A DNA stretch of 50,568 nucleotides from Candidatus Kapaibacterium sp. Lineage in GTDB: Bacteria; Bacteroidota; Ignavibacteria; Palsa-1295. A program made the translations under genes and the position numbers. Numbering within the stretch: the first letter of the stretch is position 1; every line of letters begins with the position of its first letter. This document shows positions 43,023 to 50,568 of the stretch, in pieces. The DNA is taken from assembly GCA_017882165.1 (NCBI GenBank), contig JADGPZ010000005.1, positions 1-50,568 on the forward strand, written 5' to 3'. The notes beneath the pieces were generated by a model. It was not told the origin of the DNA, searched no databases, and saw nothing but the letters and a program-made list of their open reading frames with translations.

Positions 43023-43829
43023 ATGCGCGAACCAACGCCGTACCTACGCGTGCCCGATGTGAAATCAGTAACGGACGCCCGAACGCGAAAAGGCGTCCTT
43101 AAAATTGAGCGCGATGGTACTCGCGCCATGGCGAAGTGTGTCGAGCAATTCGTGAAGAATGAGGCGTTTGTCAAGGATGCTCTCACGGGCGATCATCTTC
43201 TCCGAACAATAGGTGAGGCCCGCAAAGCATATTTTGACTTTCGAGATCAATATCCGGCGATGTATGATCGGGTATATAACCGCTTATTGGAGTACGCAAG
43301 GCGAACCGAGCAGTATCCACTCTTCAATTTTAGTCAGACCCGAATAGAACAGTTTTTGGAGTACATGCCAACCTACGACGAGAGGATGTACTATCTCACA
43401 ATGATAGTCGCGGAGCTGTCGAAGCGAGGGCACGAGAAGGCCTGGGTTCTCTATGCTCAAAAAGAGTTGAGAGCAAAACGACGTTTGTTTGATTCAAAGT
43501 CCACGAAGAAGGAACCGACTCAATTGCGAAAGACTACAAAACCAGCGCAGCAGAAGCGCATTCAACTTCTCGTTACGCAAGAATGGTTTGCCATACTATT
43601 CGGCCAAATGTTTGTGGACCAGAAATGCCGGTGGCCAGGCAATGGGGTGCCTTGGAAATTACTTTCGCAGATCTTCGTGCAGGAAGACGGACGCGATCTC
43701 GATCCGCATACTCTTGCTCAAGCCTATCAAAACGCCATTGGCAGAAAAGACTCAGAGGACCTCGCAAGCGTTCGACGGTTAATGCAGAAGGTTGACACCG
43801 AAGAGAAAGCCACAAAATCCCGCACTTGA
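43023..43829 (+). CDS. Hypothetical island protein
   Basis: 268-aa ORF between int and xis; no family recognised. Confidence 0.6.
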   Translation: MREPTPYLRVPDVKSVTDARTRKGVLKIERDGTRAMAKCVEQFVKNEAFVKDALTGDHLLRTIGEARKAYFDFRDQYPAMYDRVYNRLLEYARRTEQYPLFNFSQTRIEQFLEYMPTYDERMYYLTMIVAELSKRGHEKAWVLYAQKELRAKRRLFDSKSTKKEPTQLRKTTKPAQQKRIQLLVTQEWFAILFGQMFVDQKCRWPGNGVPWKLLSQIFVQEDGRDLDPHTLAQAYQNAIGRKDSEDLASVRRLMQKVDTEEKATKSRT

Positions 43830-43908
43830 TAATCAAGTCCCATCAATTGATTTGCATCGAGTTTTAGGCCATTTTTGCAGCGCCCATTACAAACAAAGGC
43901 ACGCAAAA

Positions 43909-44223
43909 ATGAAGAACGAACAAATCATCATAGAACAACTGGATCGCATTGAACAGACGATTCACGACATCAAGAGCAAGCCGCTGAGTCATACAGAGGC
44001 GGCGGAATACCTCGGCATTTCGGAGTCCTATTTGTACAAGCTAACTTCTCAAGCTCGTGTCCCGCACTACAAGCCGGGTGGGAAAAACAACTATTACGAT
44101 AAGCTTGAACTTGACAAGTGGATCAAGCGGAATCGGATTTCGACCGTAGAAGAGATCGACCTGCAAGCCAAGCGACGGGTATTCTCGCGAACGATCGAAG
44201 GGCGCATCGGAGAAAGTCGATGA
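43909..44223 (+). CDS. Excisionase-like helix-turn-helix protein
   Basis: LSHTEAAEYLGISESYLYKLTS...VPHYKPGGK..YYDKLELDKWI. Confidence 0.88.
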   Translation: MKNEQIIIEQLDRIEQTIHDIKSKPLSHTEAAEYLGISESYLYKLTSQARVPHYKPGGKNNYYDKLELDKWIKRNRISTVEEIDLQAKRRVFSRTIEGRIGESR

Positions 44224-45341
44224 GGCAGGCGCACAAGAAACAATCGAATCCGATCGCCTCGGTCATGGAGCCGAATCCTGCCGCGCCGATCGTCGAATCA
44301 AAGCACGTGCGTACATGGAGCGATCTCGATGCGCTGACCATCCCCGATACGCCGATGCTCTGGGACGGCCTGCTTCCGAACAAGGAAATCGCGTTGCTCG
44401 CCGGGATCGGCGGGTATGGGAAGTCAACCCTGATCCGGCAGCTTGCCATCGCAATAGCCTGTGGGGACCGTCAGTTCTTAACACGATCGATCCATGCTCC
44501 GAATCGCCGAGTGATCTATGTCTCTTGCGAGGACGGGCAGAACAAGACCACGAAAATCCTCAAGAGCTACGGCCGCCAATCCACTCCGGGACTCGCCTTT
44601 ATCTTCGCGTCTCAGTTGTCGCTCGTGGAAGTTCTGGGAGAAGTCTCCTCCGAGATGCACCGCTCGCCGGTCGATCTGATTGTGATCGACTCGCTCGGCA
44701 ATCTCTTCAACGGCGAGCAAAATAGCAACAGTGATGCTCAGGCGTTCTACAGCGAGTTCGCATGGCTTGCTGATCAGGCGTTGGTACTGTTCCTCCACCA
44801 CGTTCGAAAGGGCGACCATCGGAGCACACCGGACCAGGTGAACATTCAGGGTGCCGGCGCATTCGTCCAGCGGGCTCGGGCCGTTCTCATGCTGACGGGC
44901 GACAAGCATGGGACGGAGCGTTACCTTCACATGGAGAAGGAGAACGATGTCTCGGACACGTTCAAGTACGACGCGCTGGTTCTTGGATTCGATCGAGACG
45001 GGAAACGATATTCATCGGATGGAGACACGAAGCCCGTCTGGGAGATCGGAAGACCCGCCGAACCGATTGAGGGACTTGAGTTGCTGTTTCAGGAAGGCGA
45101 GAAGGAGTTGCCAGCGGGTGTCCTGGTGTCCCGGATCATGGGCAAGTATAACCTCAAAGAGCGAGCGGCCAAAGACCGTCTCGCGAAGAGCGGACTCATC
45201 AAAATCCGCTTCGGATTTTACGGACGACCCGGCGCCGAGACCCCTCAAAGTGCGGAGAGTGCAACTGTGCAAGGAGTGCAGAGTGTGCAACCAAAAGGGC
45301 GGAACGAGGCCAGAAAGGGGACGAAAAGTGATACAAAGTGA
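44220..45341 (+). CDS. AAA_25/RepA-like P-loop ATPase (helicase-like)
   Basis: Walker A GIGGYGKS, YVSCED, Walker B LIVIDS, LHHVRK, QGAGAF..RAR; ATGA overlap with xis. Confidence 0.85.
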   Translation: MRQAHKKQSNPIASVMEPNPAAPIVESKHVRTWSDLDALTIPDTPMLWDGLLPNKEIALLAGIGGYGKSTLIRQLAIAIACGDRQFLTRSIHAPNRRVIYVSCEDGQNKTTKILKSYGRQSTPGLAFIFASQLSLVEVLGEVSSEMHRSPVDLIVIDSLGNLFNGEQNSNSDAQAFYSEFAWLADQALVLFLHHVRKGDHRSTPDQVNIQGAGAFVQRARAVLMLTGDKHGTERYLHMEKENDVSDTFKYDALVLGFDRDGKRYSSDGDTKPVWEIGRPAEPIEGLELLFQEGEKELPAGVLVSRIMGKYNLKERAAKDRLAKSGLIKIRFGFYGRPGAETPQSAESATVQGVQSVQPKGRNEARKGTKSDTK

Positions 45342-45508
45342 TACAAAAACGGGGCTGAAATCCCGAGAAATCGGCCATGCAAACACCGTGAATGCCGAAT
45401 TCAGAGCGGAATCAAGGATTCGGCACTCAAGGGTGCACGGCGATCATCAATTTCCTGTATCGTTTTGCTGCACGCTCTGCACACCTTGCACAGTTGCACT
45501 CTCCGCAC
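45250..45508. repeat. ~46-bp imperfect inverted repeat built from 9-bp-spaced TGCA units, plus a 10-bp tandem repeat
   Basis: gtgcggagagtgcaactgtgcaaggagtgcagagtgtgca (45250-) versus tgcacgctctgcacaccttgcacagttgcactctccgcac (-45508); aagtgataca x2 at 45326-45346. Confidence 0.8.
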
Positions 45509-45608
45509 AGATCCGCGGCGAACACGGTTACAAGGCCCGGACATGAATCACCGGGAGCATTTCAATCTATTTTCCGTTTTGTTTTAAATCTTGAACTGAA
45601 CCACCGTT

Positions 45609-46661
45609 GTGATAAAAGTTGTAGATTTTTTTTCCGGGTGCGGCGGAACGAGTGCTGGCTTCGAGGCAGCGGGTCTATCGGTCGTGGCCGCGATCGATTC
45701 CGATCCCGATGCGAAGGCCACTTATACGGCTAACTTTCCCGATGCGAAATTTTTCAATCGCGACATCCGCTGGATGAAGACGGCGACTCTCGCGCCATAC
45801 GTCACGAAGAAGCCGACAGACGTGCTGTTGTTTTCCGCGTGCGCTCCGTGCCAACCATTCTCGCAACAGAATCGGCAGAAGAAGAAGCGTGACGAGCGCG
45901 TCTCTCTTCTTGCCGAGTTCGGACGTTTCGTGAAGCGCTATTTGCCGGAGCTTATCTTCATCGAGAATGTGCCCGGGATTCAAACAATCTCCCGCAATTC
46001 ACCGCTCGATGAGTTCATTGCGATGCTCGACCGATTGGAGTATTCGCACGATGTTCAGACTATCAACTGCCAGGATTACGGTGTTCCTCAAAAGAGGAAG
46101 AGGCTGGTGTTGGTGGCAAGCCGACTCGGTGAGATTCAGGTGCCGCCGAAAACCCATGGCAAGACACTGAAGCCTTTTACCACGGCATGGGACTCTATTC
46201 GCGGGCTGCCGAAAGTTGCTGCGGGTGAAGCCGATCCTATAATTAGTAATCATCGTGCCGCGATGTTGTCCCAAAAGAACTTGGAGAGAATCAGGGCCAC
46301 TCCTCCCGAAGGATCACGCTCCGACTGGCCTGAACGTCTTTGGCTGAAGTGCCACAAGGACACAACCGGGCATTCCGACGTTTACGGGAGAATCAGGAAG
46401 AATCAACCGGCCCCGGCGATGACGACGCGCTGCATCAGTCTTTCAAACGGACGATTCGGACATCCCGTCCAGGATAGAGCCTTGACGGTTCGTGAAGCCG
46501 CCTGCCTCCAGACATTCCCGCTCACTTTCATCCTTCACGGTAGCCTCAGCTCGATGGCCCGTCAAGTCGGGAACGCCGTTCCGGTTGCGCTCTCAAAGAG
46601 GATCGGCGAACACTTCGTCATACACATTCAGTCAACTACCGGAGCCAATGGCAAAGTTTAA
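45609..46661 (+). CDS. dcm: C5-cytosine DNA methyltransferase
   Basis: Motif I FFSGCGG, IV APCQPFS, VI ENV, VIII QKRKR, IX REAACLQTFP, X QVGNAVP. Confidence 0.95.
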   Translation: MIKVVDFFSGCGGTSAGFEAAGLSVVAAIDSDPDAKATYTANFPDAKFFNRDIRWMKTATLAPYVTKKPTDVLLFSACAPCQPFSQQNRQKKKRDERVSLLAEFGRFVKRYLPELIFIENVPGIQTISRNSPLDEFIAMLDRLEYSHDVQTINCQDYGVPQKRKRLVLVASRLGEIQVPPKTHGKTLKPFTTAWDSIRGLPKVAAGEADPIISNHRAAMLSQKNLERIRATPPEGSRSDWPERLWLKCHKDTTGHSDVYGRIRKNQPAPAMTTRCISLSNGRFGHPVQDRALTVREAACLQTFPLTFILHGSLSSMARQVGNAVPVALSKRIGEHFVIHIQSTTGANGKV

Positions 46662-49614
46662 GACCCGCGCCAGAGCCGTTGACATGCTCGGACGGCAACA
46701 GATCGCGGGAATTCCTACCGCGATAAGTGAGCTATTCAAAAATGCTCACGATGCCTATGCCGATAACGTGGTCGTGGACTATTATCGCAGTGATAGTCTT
46801 TTCGTTTTGAGGGACGATGGCTTTGGGATGACCAAAGACGACTTTGAAAAGAGGTGGCTAACGCTCGGCACCGAAAGTAAAATTGGCTCCGAGCAGTTGT
46901 CAATACCGATGATTCCAACCGGCAAGACAATTAGACCGATCCTGGGAGAAAAAGGAATAGGCAGACTTTCGATTGCCGCGATTGGCCCACAAGTCTTCGT
47001 CATGACGCGCCCAATCCGTGACAACCGGCCCGGGGATCTGGTTGCCGCATTCATCAATTGGGGGATGTTCGAATGCCCTGGCATTAATATCGACCAAATT
47101 GAAATTCCACTTCGTCGATTCGAGAAAGGAACACTTCCTTCCCTCAAAGACGTGAGGGAAATGGTTGAGGAAGTCAAAGCAAACCTTAAGTTATTACGAG
47201 ATGCAATTCCGGCTGAGCTTCACAAACGACTTCGGACTGAGCTTGACTCGTTCAAGATCGACCCCATTGAACTTGACACTTACCTCGCTACTCCTTCGCT
47301 AAAGGGAGGGTCATGTGGGACACAATTTTACGTGTCACCGGTAGATCGATCGTTGCCGGGCCTAATTGACGAGGATGGAGATGGAAGCAGCTCTTCGGCA
47401 TTGATTAAAGGATTGATCGGCTTCAGCAATACCATGACCCCCGACCATTCTGAGCCGTTTATTCGAGCGAGCTTCAGGGATCATAAGACGGATGTGCTGA
47501 CCGATGAACTTATTGGAGAATCTGCATTCTTCACCCCCGAAGAATTCCAGATTGCTGACCATCACATAAGTGGGACGTTCGATGAGTATGGTCAGTTTTC
47601 GGGCAAAGTGAAAATTTACAATCTTGAGCCGATCGAGCATCAGATAGCATGGCCAGCGGCACATGGAAAGCCGACCGATTGCGGTCCGTTTACAGTTAAT
47701 TTTTCCGTAATTCAAGGAGCACAGCGCGAAAGCGAACTACCACCTGAAGAGTGGGCAAGAATGACCGCCAAAATGAACAAGATTGGTGGATTATACATTT
47801 ATCGGAATGGGATAAGAGTGCTCCCTTATGGGAATTCTGATTTCGATTTTTTGGACATTGAAAAAAATCGGACAAAAAGCGCCGCTTACTATTATTTTTC
47901 ATTTCGCAGACTCTTCGGGGTAATCGAGATTAAACACGATCAAAATCCCAACCTTATTGAGAAGGCCGGACGTGAGGGCTTCCAAGAAAATATTGCCTAT
48001 CGTCAGTTCCGCAATATCCTCAAAGACTTCTTCGTGCAATTGGCAGCTGATTTCTTCAGAGAGGGAGGCGCACATGCGGCAGATTACACTGAGAAAAAGA
48101 TAGAGTTGGACAGACTCGAGCGCGCCCGACGGAAAAGAGAAAAGCTTGTATCGGTCAAACGGGATCAGCTAAAGAAAAGTCTTGATGTATTTTTCGAGGA
48201 ATCTGGCGCGGGCAAACCGGAATTAGAAGCGAAAGCGATTTTTAAAGAGTTGGATGATACACTCAATTCAATTCCAAAATCTTTTGACGATGCTGATGCC
48301 TCATCGTTATTTATTGAATCGGAATCAACGGCAAGGCGAAAAGCGAGTATTTTACGTGAGTCCTTGCGAGTGAACAAGCCCCGTGGAGTTGGCTTATCCA
48401 AGCAGCTTCGTAGAGATTGGGAAGCCTATCAGTCGGAATTTGAGCGGCTTCAGAATAAAGTGCTTTTGCCACTTGAATCTGAAATTGAAAACAAAATTGG
48501 TGAATTGGCTCAAAAGGCAAGAGTGAGTCTCGATCGGAGAAGACGATTCGAAAGGTCCCTTAAAGACCTCATAAGTGAGGCCCAGTCAAGAACTAACACA
48601 TCTTCAACCGAAGCCCGGAAGATTGTATCGGATGTGCATGTTAAGGTCAGAACTTTGACGAAGGAGAGTATTGCCGAACTCGATAGGGCAGTTCAAGAGA
48701 CTCTCGTTAATTTCAGCAAAATGGACCTCGTTTCTTTGAGTGAATCGACGCTCGCAAAAAAGAGAATTGAGCTTGAAGATCGGATTACCAAAACTGCGGA
48801 GAGTGAGAACGAGCTCCTTCGGAACGTGAGCGATCAACTCGCTGCAATTAATTTGGAAAAAGGAGAACACGCTCTGAACAACCTAGATGTGGAGGAGTCA
48901 TTAGAAGAAGAAGTTTTAGCCTTGCGAGAACGTGCCGATCAGGATTTGGAGTTGACTCAACTCGGAATGGCGATTGAAATTATCAATCACGAATTCGAAG
49001 CAAGTGTAAGATCGATTCGCACCAATCTGCGAACTCTTCATGCCTGGGCAGATGTCAATGAGGAATTGCAGGAGGTGTATCGAAACATTCGCGCGAATTT
49101 CGATCACCTTGATGGCTACCTGAATCTATTTACTCCTCTGCACCGCCGACTCTACAAGAAGGCCGTCACTATTACCGGAGGTGAAATCGAGAAGTTTTTG
49201 GAAGACCTCTTCAGAGAGCGAATCCGAAGACACGCCATTGAATTCAAAGCCACGAGCCGATTCTCGAAAAAGAAGATTACCGGTTACCCATCAAATTTCT
49301 ATCCGGCCTTTGTTAACCTGGTTGACAATGCAATTTTTTGGTTGAGTGATCGACCAAAGCCACACATAATCCAGCTTGACTCAAGCGATGATGGATTCCT
49401 CGTCTCAGACAACGGTCCTGGAATTCAGGCCAGGGATATTGATTCCATTTTTGAAATGGGCTTCACGCGCAAGCCAGCCGGGCGCGGTTTGGGATTATTC
49501 ATCTCTCGCGAAGCTCTTAGGAAAACTGGGTACGAGTTGACCGTCTCAAAGAGCCAACTTGGGGGTGCTACTTTTAGGATTAGGGAAGTGAAGAGAAAGA
49601 ATGAAGATGAGTAA
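46648..49614 (+). CDS. MORC-like GHKL ATPase-S5 / coiled coil / histidine kinase fusion
   Basis: N-terminal GHKL ELFKNAHDA, DDGFGM, GEKGIGR; YIYRNGIRVLPYG...EKAGREGF; long coiled coil; H-box IINHEF; second ATPase NLVDNA, DNGPGI, FEMGF, GRGLGL. Confidence 0.88.
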   Translation: MAKFKTRARAVDMLGRQQIAGIPTAISELFKNAHDAYADNVVVDYYRSDSLFVLRDDGFGMTKDDFEKRWLTLGTESKIGSEQLSIPMIPTGKTIRPILGEKGIGRLSIAAIGPQVFVMTRPIRDNRPGDLVAAFINWGMFECPGINIDQIEIPLRRFEKGTLPSLKDVREMVEEVKANLKLLRDAIPAELHKRLRTELDSFKIDPIELDTYLATPSLKGGSCGTQFYVSPVDRSLPGLIDEDGDGSSSSALIKGLIGFSNTMTPDHSEPFIRASFRDHKTDVLTDELIGESAFFTPEEFQIADHHISGTFDEYGQFSGKVKIYNLEPIEHQIAWPAAHGKPTDCGPFTVNFSVIQGAQRESELPPEEWARMTAKMNKIGGLYIYRNGIRVLPYGNSDFDFLDIEKNRTKSAAYYYFSFRRLFGVIEIKHDQNPNLIEKAGREGFQENIAYRQFRNILKDFFVQLAADFFREGGAHAADYTEKKIELDRLERARRKREKLVSVKRDQLKKSLDVFFEESGAGKPELEAKAIFKELDDTLNSIPKSFDDADASSLFIESESTARRKASILRESLRVNKPRGVGLSKQLRRDWEAYQSEFERLQNKVLLPLESEIENKIGELAQKARVSLDRRRRFERSLKDLISEAQSRTNTSSTEARKIVSDVHVKVRTLTKESIAELDRAVQETLVNFSKMDLVSLSESTLAKKRIELEDRITKTAESENELLRNVSDQLAAINLEKGEHALNNLDVEESLEEEVLALRERADQDLELTQLGMAIEIINHEFEASVRSIRTNLRTLHAWADVNEELQEVYRNIRANFDHLDGYLNLFTPLHRRLYKKAVTITGGEIEKFLEDLFRERIRRHAIEFKATSRFSKKKITGYPSNFYPAFVNLVDNAIFWLSDRPKPHIIQLDSSDDGFLVSDNGPGIQARDIDSIFEMGFTRKPAGRGLGLFISREALRKTGYELTVSKSQLGGATFRIREVKRKNEDE

Positions 49615-50568
49615 GTTCGAGGAATTATGTAGGACGATCGCCGAGGATTTTCTTCAGACCGCAGTGGTATTCGATGACAAGACGCGTCGTCCAACGAGCG
49701 AACCCGTAAGTGTGCATCCGAACCTGAAGACACCCGGGAAGGGCCTCTTGGTTCAAGCGGATGAATCAAGTTTGGCGTTGGGTGGGAGTCCTGTCGAAAG
49801 CGCAAGTACGACAGGGGCCAAAGAAATGCCGGTAAGCACCGGAGAAATCTCCCCACCGGCGGAGGCCAGACGGACCGAGACAATCCTTGGGGAGAGGGAA
49901 CATGAAGACGGAGAACACGAGCTTGATGCGGAAGAAATCATTCGCAGTTTTGCAAAGAAGGGAATCGTCTGCGCTGTCCTGACGCCAGAGCGCGAACATA
50001 CACTTGAGGAGGAAGTGGTGAAGGTCGGAAGACGCTCAGACATCGTGATCCTCGATTGGCAAATCGCGCGAGATAATGGTGCAACAAGTCTCGACTTGAT
50101 CGCGAAGATTCTTATGGACGACATGAGTGCTGGCATCGAGAGGCTGAGACTCTTTGTCTTTTACACTGGAGAGGCGGGGATGGATGACCTGATGGGTAAA
50201 GCTCTTCGAGTTCTCAATGAGAGTCTCCCAGGATTCATCGTTGAGGGTGACTGTCTTCATCGTGGTCATGCGAGGATAGTTTTTCATGGCAAGGACCCTA
50301 AGAGCCTTGCCCCGATCGGGGATACTTGGAAGATCCCTGTCCAGAAACTACCGGACGCCGTTATCAATGATTTCACCAAATTCACCAAGGGAATATTTCC
50401 ATCCGTGGCGCTCGAATCACTTTCCGCGATTCGAAAGAACACACACAGGATACTTAGTAAGATGAGCGCTGAGTTAGATGCGCCATACGTGACACATAGG
50501 TCTCTTCTAAGCGAACCCGAGGAGGCAGAAGACCACCTGATTCCTCTTGTTAGCTCGGAGATTCAGTC
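49607..50568 (+). CDS. Atypical response-regulator receiver-domain protein (partial, runs off the window)
   Basis: Not in the ORF track. MSKFEELCRTIAEDFLQTAVVFDD...SFAKKGIVCAV...SDIVILDWQI...LFVFYTGE; open to the window end; overlaps the kinase stop. Confidence 0.85.
   Translation, partial: MSKFEELCRTIAEDFLQTAVVFDDKTRRPTSEPVSVHPNLKTPGKGLLVQADESSLALGGSPVESASTTGAKEMPVSTGEISPPAEARRTETILGEREHEDGEHELDAEEIIRSFAKKGIVCAVLTPEREHTLEEEVVKVGRRSDIVILDWQIARDNGATSLDLIAKILMDDMSAGIERLRLFVFYTGEAGMDDLMGKALRVLNESLPGFIVEGDCLHRGHARIVFHGKDPKSLAPIGDTWKIPVQKLPDAVINDFTKFTKGIFPSVALESLSAIRKNTHRILSKMSAELDAPYVTHRSLLSEPEEAEDHLIPLVSSEIQ

Larger units (their letters stand above)
41611..50568. mobile_element. tRNA-targeted integrative element / genomic island (right end outside the window)
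   Basis: att fragment, integrase, HTH excisionase, AAA ATPase and methyltransferase cargo; the cargo looks more AT-rich than the backbone by eye. Confidence 0.85.

Noticed and set aside
46492-46647. Longer starts given by the ORF track (also 466, 11182, 20274, 21145, 27399, 34138, 38041, 41731, 43792, 44118)
   Set aside because: They overlap neighbouring genes or precede the recognisable N-terminus or signal peptide; downstream ATGs fit better
1-50568. CRISPR array or cas genes
   Set aside because: No run of equal-length direct repeats with unique spacers was seen; the repeats are palindromes or short tandems, and no Cas motifs were recognised

Overview
A 50.6-kb chromosomal window from an FCB-group bacterium. 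T9SS-type C-terminal domains, TAnnTTTG-type promoters and Cys-rich Ig-repeat proteins suggest a Kapabacteria/Ignavibacteria-like lineage (inference). The left ~41.5 kb is backbone (ubiE/menG fragment, dedA, flippase, smg, ybeY, mutS, arsR-arsM, GltD-like oxidoreductase, anmK, dnaA with a probable oriC, manC). It is interspersed with accessory secreted proteins, gene relics, TA genes and several families of small palindromic or tandem repeats, some inserted in frame inside proteins. From ~41.6 kb an integrative element begins at a tRNA-Arg 3'-end att site. It carries a nonsense-interrupted tyrosine integrase, an excisionase-like HTH, an AAA/RepA-like ATPase and an iteron-like inverted repeat. 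Its cargo is a translationally coupled operon of a C5-cytosine methyltransferase, a MORC-like GHKL ATPase fused to a histidine kinase, and a receiver-domain protein that runs off the window; this is the best candidate for an uncharacterised defence system. Other highlights: an ECF sigma / dual-membrane-spanning anti-sigma / lipoprotein locus; a Nal1-like protease followed by a stand-alone copy of its own N-terminal domain; and two cases where a diverged copy of a gene's 3' end is stranded beyond an inserted gene. All calls come from motif reading by eye; no searches were run.
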